DNA of 64,000 nucleotides from a phage, in the NCBI GenBank assembly GCA_025677605.1, contig GCA_025677605.1_4110.1; one strand, 5' to 3'. The position numbers were made by a program, and so were the translations under genes. Below are positions 53,643 to 61,705 of the stretch, piece after piece. Position 1 is the stretch's first letter. Each line of letters opens with the position of its first letter. Below the pieces are notes generated by a model. That model saw only the letters and a list, made by a program, of their open reading frames with translations. It ran no database searches and had not been told where the DNA came from.

Positions 53643-53729
53643 TAAAAAGTAATTATACATTTTATTGTACAATATAAAAAGGTCTTAAAAAGTAATTATA
53701 CATTTTATTGTACAATATAAAAAGGTCTT
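53643..53729. repeat. Perfect 43-bp tandem direct repeat (2 copies), each with palindrome TATTGTACAATA
   Basis: 53644-53686 and 53687-53729 are identical; overlaps the stop of gene 53662-54075 and the intergenic space before 53441-53629. Confidence 0.9.
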
Positions 53730-54075
53730 TCACATTATCATAAGTAATGTTAGATAGATCATAAATCAATGATAACTGAAAAAATGAAGCTTCGTCTATA
53801 TCTACTGGGATTATAACATCATCATCTTCTGCCATTTTATTATCGTAGTATTTTATGTGGTCTTCATTAAACTCAATAGAGATTGATACTGCGTTGGATT
53901 TCATATCTTCAATTAATCCAATCAAATTAGATTTATCATTAATAAAAAATCCAATTCCAACCCTACGGTCCTCTGGATATGGATAGTACCATCTATTAAA
54001 TACTAGACTATCTGGTAAATCAACATCATGTGTTGATACGAGAGATTTTACAATTTCCATCCAAGCATAATTCAT
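53662..54075 (-). CDS. Hypothetical protein
   Basis: 137-aa ORF whose last ~20 codons are encoded by the 43-bp repeat. Confidence 0.6.
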   Translation of the reverse strand: MNYAWMEIVKSLVSTHDVDLPDSLVFNRWYYPYPEDRRVGIGFFINDKSNLIGLIEDMKSNAVSISIEFNEDHIKYYDNKMAEDDDVIIPVDIDEASFFQLSLIYDLSNITYDNVKDLFILYNKMYNYFLRPFYIVQ

Positions 54076-54094
54076 AATTAAAACTCCATAAGAA

Positions 54095-54122
54095 AAGGGA
54101 CAGAATTAATCTGTCCCTTTAT
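54095..54122 (-). terminator. Intrinsic terminator
   Basis: GGGACAG-AATTAAT-CTGTCCC hairpin followed by a U-tract on the minus-strand transcript. Confidence 0.65.
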
Positions 54123-54126
54123 TATA

Positions 54127-54459
54127 TTACTCTTCTTCGTCAGTTACATCAACTACAACTGGACGGTCTGGATGGTTTCGGCGGTGCAATTTAATGCTTT
54201 TGTCTTTACTGAATACAGTTTCCATTTTTTCGAATGAATCGACAATCGCCTTGTATAAATCTGCATCATCGGCAGTAACAGACTTACCACCTGATGTTAA
54301 AGTTACTGCGTACTGTGTCTTATGCTCTTTTTTCACATGAACACCAATATTCAGTACTGAAGAATCACTAAATTTATTTAGAGTGTTTGCTTCTTGATGA
54401 ATTGCGTCATGGATTGCTGGAGTAATATCAACATTACCTTGAATAACTAGATTTAGCAT
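54127..54459 (-). CDS. Ribosome hibernation promoting factor-like protein (HPF/YfiA/RaiA family)
   Basis: 110 aa colinear with bacterial HPF: MLNLVIQGNVDITPAIHDAI vs MQLNITGNNVEITEALREFV, then VHVKKEH...TLTSGGKSV...DLYKAIVDSFEKME. Confidence 0.8.
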   Translation of the reverse strand: MLNLVIQGNVDITPAIHDAIHQEANTLNKFSDSSVLNIGVHVKKEHKTQYAVTLTSGGKSVTADDADLYKAIVDSFEKMETVFSKDKSIKLHRRNHPDRPVVVDVTDEEE

Positions 54460-54473
54460 ACTTCACCTTCCTT

Positions 54474-55400
54474 TTAGATTGAGCTTAACAAAGTATCCGC
54501 TCTGTTTGTTACTTGCCTATACCATAAGGAATTTTTGATTTCTCTTTTAAACTTCTTATGATTTTCAGCTTCAGCACTTCTCCATAGTTTATTAAATGAG
54601 GCCAACTTATCAACACCCATCGTGTAAGCCATGTCAAAGAGAATACGTTGTTGGTCTTTTGTAAGATTTACTGCATTTTTTTTCTTCATTAGAGTTGTAA
54701 AGTCATTATATGTCCTTTTCAAATCTTGAAGTAATAGTTTATGTGCTTGTGCGTTGGTAATACCGTTTCTGTACTTAATTGCATCAGATTCTTTCTTACC
54801 TAAGTAATGTCCATAACCTATTGTATAATTACCTTTCATATCCTTATAAGGATGAAATTTTGAATTGTAGAAAGGAACTCCAACTTTTCCCCCAAGTAAA
54901 CGTCTTTTGTTCTTGGACTGAAATTCAATTGAACCTTCAGCTTCTTTGATGTGTGCTACTATTTCAGGATCATTATAATCGAAAAGTACTACCACATCAG
55001 GTAACAGTACGTCTTTCAAATCCTCTTTTGTTGGGATAAAGATACCCTGCGATGTATGAAGTTTAGCATTAAGATTGATATTCTTCAATACTGTAACGTA
55101 ATCTTCAAACAACACATTATGCGGTTTAAACTTCTTAGCTATCGAATGATAACTATCACCGTATTCAACAGTATAATGTTTCTCGCTGCCTGGAACTACT
55201 TTAGGTGTATACCCTTTAGGTAATTCCTGCTTTTGAATTTGTGTAACTTGCGGTTTTAAATTGTGCACCTGACTTTCGCCCGATGATGATGCACGATCAT
55301 GTTGAGAAAAACCATAAAATCCAAACGCAGCGATGATAACAAGTGAAACTAATAAGCCTATAGCTGTCTTAGTTTTAGGTGTTTGTATCGCTATTGTCAA
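54474..55400 (-). CDS. Endolysin: N-terminal signal-anchor, LysM, T4-lysozyme-like (GH24) domain
   Basis: Hydrophobic anchor GLLVSLVIIAAFGFYGF; LysM-like HYTVEYGDSYHSIAKKF; GNYTIGYGH and LWYRQVTNRADTLL match T4 lysozyme YYTIGIGH and RWYNQTPNRAKRVI. Confidence 0.85.
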   Translation of the reverse strand: MTIAIQTPKTKTAIGLLVSLVIIAAFGFYGFSQHDRASSSGESQVHNLKPQVTQIQKQELPKGYTPKVVPGSEKHYTVEYGDSYHSIAKKFKPHNVLFEDYVTVLKNINLNAKLHTSQGIFIPTKEDLKDVLLPDVVVLFDYNDPEIVAHIKEAEGSIEFQSKNKRRLLGGKVGVPFYNSKFHPYKDMKGNYTIGYGHYLGKKESDAIKYRNGITNAQAHKLLLQDLKRTYNDFTTLMKKKNAVNLTKDQQRILFDMAYTMGVDKLASFNKLWRSAEAENHKKFKREIKNSLWYRQVTNRADTLLSSI

Positions 55401-55533
55401 AAACGCCTCCTTTGTTTGCGTGTTATGATGAGCAATTACAAAGAGGGCTTATGAGGCCATTTGCAAAAGCCTCATCGGACTTTCTACAATACTTTCAGTA
55501 CTGAAAAGGTAACTTTCATTCTGTACATGTAAG

Positions 55534-55562
55534 TAGTATAGCATCTTTCAATTTCATATCAA
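55534..55562 (-). promoter_or_regulatory. Putative sigma70-type promoter (TTGATA-16nt-TATACT)
   Basis: Minus strand reads TTGATA, 16-nt spacer, TATACT; the 14-bp palindrome TTTCAGTACTGAAA (55493-55506) lies in the predicted leader. Confidence 0.4.
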
Positions 55563-55647
55563 GTAAAATCTTGATATTTCTTTTGGTTATAATTATGGGT
55601 ATATTAATACCCATTTTATTTAGCCAATTGTATGACAAACCTATAGG

Positions 55648-56058
55648 TTAGTCGTAGTACGTTCTCCCTACTGTGAGGTGATAACGTAAGTACTTTGATT
55701 GTAATCCTAGTTCATTGCGAATGTGTCCAATGAATTCATCATCGAACTCTATGATAAAGAACGAGCCTGGTTTCTTTTTATCTTTCACTTGAACAATATC
55801 AGGATTGAATTTTATTTTAATTTTTTGACCATCGTACTTTTTCCAGTACTCTGGATTTGGTGGCACTTCACCTCGAACAATACTGACGTGTGCTCCCCAT
55901 TGTGGGTCTTTAACATCAATGTGTAGATCAGTTCTGATGAAGTACTGGTAGTATCTAACCAACTGTAATGGAAGTTGCAGTACTAACCAGAAGTCCTTCT
56001 TCTTTTTCATAGTGCCACGGTCTGGATCATACACCAGAGTTCCTTCCATTTCAATCAT
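55648..56058 (-). CDS. Hypothetical protein
   Basis: 136-aa ORF. Confidence 0.6.
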   Translation of the reverse strand: MIEMEGTLVYDPDRGTMKKKKDFWLVLQLPLQLVRYYQYFIRTDLHIDVKDPQWGAHVSIVRGEVPPNPEYWKKYDGQKIKIKFNPDIVQVKDKKKPGSFFIIEFDDEFIGHIRNELGLQSKYLRYHLTVGRTYYD

Positions 56059-56065
56059 ATTTTAC

Positions 56066-56269
56066 CTATAAATGTACATATATGTTTTTATTTTCAATAC
56101 GAACATATGTTTCCAAAACATCTTTTGGAATTTTATTACTTGTTTTGTACCATGTAGTATTATCTACTAAAACAAAAGTTTCACCGTCAGTTTCACCAAA
56201 TGTACTCAATGCATAAATGAAGTAATTTGGTGCTGCACTACAATAGATATCAGCATTAATTTCAATCAT
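56066..56269 (-). CDS. Hypothetical small protein
   Basis: 67-aa ORF. Confidence 0.5.
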   Translation of the reverse strand: MIEINADIYCSAAPNYFIYALSTFGETDGETFVLVDNTTWYKTSNKIPKDVLETYVRIENKNIYVHL

Positions 56270-56272
56270 ATT

Positions 56273-56407
56273 TTACACCACTACAAAGCTTAACACAACT
56301 AATGTAATAAACACACCGACAATGGCGGTCATTTCTGGATTTGCATCATAAGTGTAGCGAATACACTTAACAAAATCCGATCCAAATTTCTTTAATCCTT
56401 TCATCAT
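56273..56407 (-). CDS. Small hydrophobic ORF (44 aa), not in the supplied track
   Basis: ATG at 56407 after AAGGAAAAAA; encodes MMKGLKKFGSDFVKCIRYTYDANPEMTAIVGVFITLVVLSFVVV; stop 3 nt before the next start. Confidence 0.3.
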   Translation of the reverse strand: MMKGLKKFGSDFVKCIRYTYDANPEMTAIVGVFITLVVLSFVVV

Positions 56408-56456
56408 TTTTTTCCTTTTTTAACATCAAACATAAAGACTTCTACGTATACCACGG

Positions 56457-56843
56457 TCAATTCCCCAAATCTGATAAGATATCTAAGATTATATCATGAA
56501 TTTCGAAATCTGTGTAAGAAAAGTTTCGTGTGAGCTTATCATTAACTTCATCAATGGACAACATTTGATATCCGACTAGTACACCCTGAACACGACTGCG
56601 TTTAACTCTTGAGTACAGGTAAGAAGGTACTGAAATACGAGTCCCAAGAAATGTAGTACCTTCCCCATATAACTCTACTGTATATCGGTTCTTACTTTTG
56701 TTTCTTACATTAACATAGCATTGTGGATAACGTCTAGGTGTAATACTTTCATACAACATAGATGCAAAACTATCTTTAGAATTATAATACTTTTTGACGA
56801 TCTCAGTAAATCGTTTAGTATGTCTTTTTTTCCATCTCATCAT
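56457..56843 (-). CDS. Hypothetical protein
   Basis: 128-aa ORF. Confidence 0.55.
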   Translation of the reverse strand: MMRWKKRHTKRFTEIVKKYYNSKDSFASMLYESITPRRYPQCYVNVRNKSKNRYTVELYGEGTTFLGTRISVPSYLYSRVKRSRVQGVLVGYQMLSIDEVNDKLTRNFSYTDFEIHDIILDILSDLGN

Positions 56844-57301
56844 TTAGATCCTATAAAAACTAATGGAAAATATATCTCATCATAAGTTGAGAGTGATTTA
56901 CATTTCTGAATCATCTCATAATGGATAATTTCAGATTCAATATTAGGATATGGAACAGGTGTAGGTGTGGATGGTTGTAATGCATAAAATGTATCTAATC
57001 TATTATATTCACCCATTGGTGTATTACTCCCATCTGGATATCTAACTTCGATCATAACCTGACAATTCGTTGTGTCATCCCACACATAAAATAACTCTTG
57101 TGCTACGCATTGGACTGAATAATTACCATCAAATGCACTAAACATCGCACCGTCATAGTATCGGAATTGAGGATTTGTATATCCAAGAATTTCAGCTAAT
57201 ATATTAGCTTTGTGTTCATAAAAATCCATTTTCAATAGATTAGTATCTTTACAAACATCAACCAAACGATACAAGCATTGCAATATTTCACGATTAATCA
57301 T
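56840..57301 (-). CDS. Hypothetical protein
   Basis: 153-aa ORF overlapping the downstream gene by 4 nt. Confidence 0.6.
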   Translation of the reverse strand: MINREILQCLYRLVDVCKDTNLLKMDFYEHKANILAEILGYTNPQFRYYDGAMFSAFDGNYSVQCVAQELFYVWDDTTNCQVMIEVRYPDGSNTPMGEYNRLDTFYALQPSTPTPVPYPNIESEIIHYEMIQKCKSLSTYDEIYFPLVFIGSK

Positions 57302-57347
57302 AATATTACCTTAAAAATATTCCCCACATAGTGAGGAATATAAAGTT

Positions 57348-57581
57348 TTAGTCATCTTTATCAAGCAACTCTTGCAATTCTTCACGATATGTGAAATACG
57401 AGATGATGATAAGTAGAACGACAATTGCAGTAATTACAATCCATACTGGTACAAAATGTAATACTAATGCGAACATCAATATTACTAAAATGCTCATTGC
57501 AGTACTGAATAGTAGTTTCACTGTATCAACAAAACCATCCAACAAGCGTACTGCAATATTTTTAAGTAGTTTATCAACCAT
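57348..57581 (-). CDS. Small predicted membrane protein
   Basis: 77 aa with two hydrophobic spans. Confidence 0.5.
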   Translation of the reverse strand: MVDKLLKNIAVRLLDGFVDTVKLLFSTAMSILVILMFALVLHFVPVWIVITAIVVLLIIISYFTYREELQELLDKDD

Positions 57582-58164
57582 TTTTATTCCTCATATAGTT
57601 TTTATAACATTTTCTACACAGGCTCTTATATGATTCATCACCACCAATAAACACTTTATCAGTACTATCTACGATGCGAGCATTCATTATGGCATTTCTT
57701 CCGCACTTTTGATTTTCACATACGTTCTTTAATTCATGGATCTCATCTGCTATTTCAAATAACCTTTGAGAACCTTCAAATGTATTTGATTCAAAATCGG
57801 TTTTAATACCATAACAATATACATCAACCATATGCTCATCAGCAATATCGGCTAATAAATCAATTTGTTTTCGATTTAAAAACTGACATTCATCAACGTA
57901 GATACTATTATAATCATTGTCAACCTGTAATAGTTTTATTACGTCATGAATAACGCTTAGGTCATCTTTTGGAATAACTTGAGCTTCAGATTCTATACCG
58001 ATTCTCGATGTTATTTTACCAGTACCATAACGATCATCTAATGCACTCGTTAAGTAGATGACTTTCATCCCGTTCTTCTTGTGGTTATATGCGTTCTGTA
58101 AAAGATGTGTACTCTTTCCTGATGACATACTCCCACTAAAGAAAATAAGTTTACCCATAACCAA
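57574..58164 (-). CDS. tdk: Thymidine kinase
   Basis: P-loop FFSGSMSSGKST, YVDECQF Walker B-like, C-terminal zinc ribbon CENQKCGRNA...CRKCY. Confidence 0.9.
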   Translation of the reverse strand: MVMGKLIFFSGSMSSGKSTHLLQNAYNHKKNGMKVIYLTSALDDRYGTGKITSRIGIESEAQVIPKDDLSVIHDVIKLLQVDNDYNSIYVDECQFLNRKQIDLLADIADEHMVDVYCYGIKTDFESNTFEGSQRLFEIADEIHELKNVCENQKCGRNAIMNARIVDSTDKVFIGGDESYKSLCRKCYKNYMRNKNG

Positions 58165-58172
58165 TCCTTAGT

Positions 58173-58343
58173 TTATAAACTTGTTTCTGTTGTACTAATT
58201 ACACTACCTCCGTATAGTAATTTTACAGTAATGCGTTTATGTGGTGAAGTACTACCATCACTATTCCACAGTTCTACATCTTCTGATTCTATTTCTACAC
58301 TAAGATTATTTCGAATTAGTAATTCTATATCTGTTTCATCCAT
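58173..58343 (-). CDS. Small hypothetical ORF (56 aa), not in the supplied track
   Basis: ATG at 58343 just after the upstream stop; encodes MDETDIELLIRNNLSVEIESEDVELWNSDG...; stop 8 nt before the tdk start. Confidence 0.3.
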   Translation of the reverse strand: MDETDIELLIRNNLSVEIESEDVELWNSDGSTSPHKRITVKLLYGGSVISTTETSL

Positions 58344-58671
58344 TTTTAATTCTCAAAAAAGTATGTTTACATTTTACTCTTTGTCCGTAATAAGAAACAC
58401 CTTCATTGAACATTTCAATCTTACCTTCTTTAAGAAGACGTAAGATATCAGGGTCATTCTTCGTTTGAACACAATGTTTTCCATTAACCTGTAATTCTGC
58501 ACCGCTTTTCAGAATTTCATAAATCAATTTGCGGCGTTTCCCGCCATAAGGTGCATCACGCACTGTATCAAGTAATACCTTACATTCAGGCTTTAAATCT
58601 CGGTGTAGTTTTCCATCTTTCGAAACGTATGTTTCAAAAGCATTATAGTTCTTACTACCTCTAAGTGCCAT
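58336..58671 (-). CDS. Hypothetical basic protein
   Basis: 111-aa ORF. Confidence 0.55.
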   Translation of the reverse strand: MALRGSKNYNAFETYVSKDGKLHRDLKPECKVLLDTVRDAPYGGKRRKLIYEILKSGAELQVNGKHCVQTKNDPDILRLLKEGKIEMFNEGVSYYGQRVKCKHTFLRIKNG

Positions 58672-59158
58672 AATTTTTCACCATATCAGGATACTTTTCC
58701 ATTAGTTCAGTAAGACGTTTACGTTCTTGTTCTTCAAGTAAGCTATTAGAATATAGTGTTTTTAACTTTATACCTAATACATTTTCTTCGTTTTTAATTC
58801 GCTCACAGAAAACATAATTTTTTGAGAATTTCTTACTTTCTGATAACATTATATCACCAACATCGAAAATGTACTTTTCTTCTTCAGTACTGAATTCTGG
58901 TGCTTCAGCAACTATATAGATATCTTCAGAATATTGTGGGTACGTACTAAAAACTTTACCATTATACAAGGCAGTGATTGCAATATCAGCAAATACATTC
59001 GTTGGTTCAGAACGTACACGGTAATGTTCAGTTCGTACAATCTCTTTAATGGTATCAATCGCATCTGATGTACTATGTGCGTAATCAAAACTCATTATAC
59101 CATCAGTTGCACAATCAGATTCACCATATGAACTACGCAATAATATAATTGTATACAT
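58661..59158 (-). CDS. Hypothetical protein
   Basis: 165-aa ORF. Confidence 0.6.
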   Translation of the reverse strand: MYTIILLRSSYGESDCATDGIMSFDYAHSTSDAIDTIKEIVRTEHYRVRSEPTNVFADIAITALYNGKVFSTYPQYSEDIYIVAEAPEFSTEEEKYIFDVGDIMLSESKKFSKNYVFCERIKNEENVLGIKLKTLYSNSLLEEQERKRLTELMEKYPDMVKNYGT

Positions 59159-59165
59159 AAAACCT

Positions 59166-59447
59166 CTACATTGCTGGTACTGTACTCAACATTAGAAGTA
59201 CTGCATTTTCATCAAGGGACTCTGCTGAATCCATAATTACAGAGTTAAACAAATCAGAATCATACTCAAATGCTTCGTAGTCTGTGTCATTAGGGATAAG
59301 CTGGTACGTATAGACGATATCGAATGTATCATCGTCAGTGGTTTTCTTGAAATGCTTTAAATCATTTACATTTTCAAGGATTGCATATTCTTCAAAGCCT
59401 TTAGTACCATCATTCATCAACATCCATGCTACGCCAACAATTTTCAT
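59166..59447 (-). CDS. Hypothetical small acidic protein
   Basis: 93-aa ORF. Confidence 0.5.
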   Translation of the reverse strand: MKIVGVAWMLMNDGTKGFEEYAILENVNDLKHFKKTTDDDTFDIVYTYQLIPNDTDYEAFEYDSDLFNSVIMDSAESLDENAVLLMLSTVPAM

Positions 59448-59462
59448 ATATTTGAATCCTTA

Positions 59463-60032
59463 TTATTTGTTTACAAAGAAATTACGTGCTTCTTCAAAGG
59501 TCATTGAAGTATATACTGGATTCCACGCATCGTCAACAGAAGTCAGTACTTTAACTTCCATTACATCTTGTGGTGTATAGAATTGCCATGTATTGTGATC
59601 TGGCTCATAGTTAGGGTCCAGAACAAAAACTGTTCCATCCTGACCATAAACTTGACCATCCTCGAATAGCTCACGGAAGAAGTCTTCCCCAGTAGTTGGG
59701 TCTTCGTATGCATTATAAAAACGAAAAACAACATTCTCAACATCAGTTCTGGTAGTACCATCGTCTTCATCATATTCTACCAAACGGTCCTGATGAAATA
59801 CGAGGTCAATAGCACCAATGCGAGGTTTATTATGTGGAGTTTTGATTTCTTGCTGGGAATTGAAATCAACACGTTCAGTACTGATGAATACACCACTTGG
59901 AGTAATTTCAATACCAGTGACATTTTCAGCAGAATAGTAAACCTCACACATATCATCAATGTGCATGTGCTCATGATACACTTCCATTTCAGGATTCTGC
60001 ATCAACAGTGCTGCTAAGTCTTTTGCTTTCAA
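59463..60032 (-). CDS. Hypothetical protein
   Basis: 189-aa ORF. Confidence 0.6.
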   Translation of the reverse strand: MKAKDLAALLMQNPEMEVYHEHMHIDDMCEVYYSAENVTGIEITPSGVFISTERVDFNSQQEIKTPHNKPRIGAIDLVFHQDRLVEYDEDDGTTRTDVENVVFRFYNAYEDPTTGEDFFRELFEDGQVYGQDGTVFVLDPNYEPDHNTWQFYTPQDVMEVKVLTSVDDAWNPVYTSMTFEEARNFFVNK

Positions 60033-60421
60033 TCTTCAATCTCCATAGAATTATCATCATCATAATCGTCACTTGTGTACTTAGTTTTTACCTCAATACC
60101 ATTCTCGTGAAGGTATGTGATAAAACCATTACCATAAACGAATTGATTATAGTAAATGTTTTCTTCCACATGAGTGTCATATTCATCTTCATAATATGTG
60201 GGCATTGTAACATCATGCCCTGCACTTTGCAAGTACTGGAACAACTCTTTCAGTACTACTTCAATATCACCTTCTTCTGTACCATAACAATACGCAGGTT
60301 CACCATGTGTGAATTTGAATCCTTTACAGGAAACTGTAAAAATATCACTCATACACATACCACAGTCATCACATTCATGAATTGAGCAATGCTGATGGAA
60401 TTTAATTTTTTTGATTTGCAT
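60029..60421 (-). CDS. Hypothetical Cys-rich protein (possible zinc-binding N-terminus)
   Basis: N-terminal HQHCSIHECDDCGMC cluster; acidic C-terminus. Confidence 0.55.
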   Translation of the reverse strand: MQIKKIKFHQHCSIHECDDCGMCMSDIFTVSCKGFKFTHGEPAYCYGTEEGDIEVVLKELFQYLQSAGHDVTMPTYYEDEYDTHVEENIYYNQFVYGNGFITYLHENGIEVKTKYTSDDYDDDNSMEIED

Positions 60422-60761
60422 TCAGGAAATCACCGATTTCAGTAGTTGACATTGGACTATCAGCACCATCATACCATAAAGATACATAAGGCTTAATAGA
60501 AGAAGTATCAATGCAAAGACCTTCTCGTTCACATTTAGTACTGAATTCTGTACTGTCACTTGGTTCTCCAATGAGAATATCAAACTCGTACATTGTAACA
60601 TCTTTATCAGTACTGTACACTAGCATACCATCATAAGAAATATGAAGGTTTACATCTGCTTGAAACAGACGGTCAGTGATAGATTCCCAATCTTCTCGTG
60701 GTACTGGATCTACTAAACGTGCAATAAGACCTGCTGTTATGCGATAATCACTCATAGTCAA
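60402..60761 (-). CDS. Hypothetical protein
   Basis: 119-aa ORF. Confidence 0.55.
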   Translation of the reverse strand: MTMSDYRITAGLIARLVDPVPREDWESITDRLFQADVNLHISYDGMLVYSTDKDVTMYEFDILIGEPSDSTEFSTKCEREGLCIDTSSIKPYVSLWYDGADSPMSTTEIGDFLNANQKN

Positions 60762-60784
60762 CCTCTTTTTTATAGTAAAAGAAA

Positions 60785-60812
60785 AGGAGAGTCAAAATGA
60801 CTCTCCATGTTT
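60785..60812 (-). terminator. Intrinsic terminator
   Basis: GGAGAGTCA-AAA-TGACTCTCC hairpin followed by UUUUCUUUU on the minus-strand transcript. Confidence 0.7.
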
Positions 60813-60815
60813 ATA

Positions 60816-61277
60816 TTATTCAAGATACTTAAGTTTATATAAAGTACCCTCAATGAAACTCATTATATCTTCAAGGGTATTAGTACTGCCATAGTCTTCA
60901 GCTTCTTCAAGCATAGCATGAACGTACTTACATTGTTCACAGTATTCTTCAAGAATCGGAATACACTGTTCAATTGGTGTGAACTTATAACTGTGTCCAG
61001 TACCAATTTGTAAAGCACCACGAGTGTTCATAATTCCTTCAATGAACGCATCGACATATTCTGGTAACTCTTTATACAACTCATCTAATTGTAGATGTTT
61101 TGTGTAGTGTTTACTTTGTAAATGCCAGCTATGTGCAATTGCTGGTAGTATAATGCTGTTTTCAATAAATGTCAATAGTACTTCATCATAAGCACTGTCT
61201 TCTTCAGTACAGCCAATGAAGTCCATAACATGTCGCAAGTCGTTAATATTTTCCATAAAATCTCTCCAGGGAGTCAT
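60816..61277 (-). CDS. Hypothetical protein
   Basis: 153-aa ORF. Confidence 0.6.
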   Translation of the reverse strand: MTPWRDFMENINDLRHVMDFIGCTEEDSAYDEVLLTFIENSIILPAIAHSWHLQSKHYTKHLQLDELYKELPEYVDAFIEGIMNTRGALQIGTGHSYKFTPIEQCIPILEEYCEQCKYVHAMLEEAEDYGSTNTLEDIMSFIEGTLYKLKYLE

Positions 61278-61288
61278 TCTATGTCTAT

Positions 61289-61705
61289 TTATTTGATCAG
61301 AAATGTAAATTCGGGATTCATATCTCTTATTACTGAATTACGTCTTCTATCCCATACAACTTTACTAAAATACTCGGAGTCATCACATACTATCAGTATA
61401 CAATTCCTAAGAGAACTCGTTGTGTAAGTACTTAAATCATTTTCTGTAATGAAATGAACATTCCTGTTGACTTGTACTGGATAATCTCGTTTAAAAAACA
61501 AAACTACTATAGGTCTTTCAGTACTCAATGCATTAATAAATTCAATTACACTATCATAGATTTCAGTACGGATATTATTAGTTTTTATTGTACTTATGTA
61601 ATTCTGTTTAATTCCGTACTCTTCATTGATTTGATACTCAAAAAACTTTTTAAACAATTCTTTGGTTAAATCAGATGAATTTTTAATATTCGTTGCGTTA
61701 CTCAT
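61289..61705 (-). CDS. Hypothetical protein
   Basis: 138-aa ORF directly downstream of the non-coding island. Confidence 0.6.
   Translation of the reverse strand: MSNATNIKNSSDLTKELFKKFFEYQINEEYGIKQNYISTIKTNNIRTEIYDSVIEFINALSTERPIVVLFFKRDYPVQVNRNVHFITENDLSTYTTSSLRNCILIVCDDSEYFSKVVWDRRRNSVIRDMNPEFTFLIK

Noticed and set aside
53643-53729. 43-bp tandem repeat as a CRISPR array
   Set aside because: Only two contiguous identical units with no spacers, and no cas genes anywhere in the window.
55451-55475. Hairpin ATGAGGC...GCCTCAT as an intrinsic terminator
   Set aside because: No U-tract follows on either strand.
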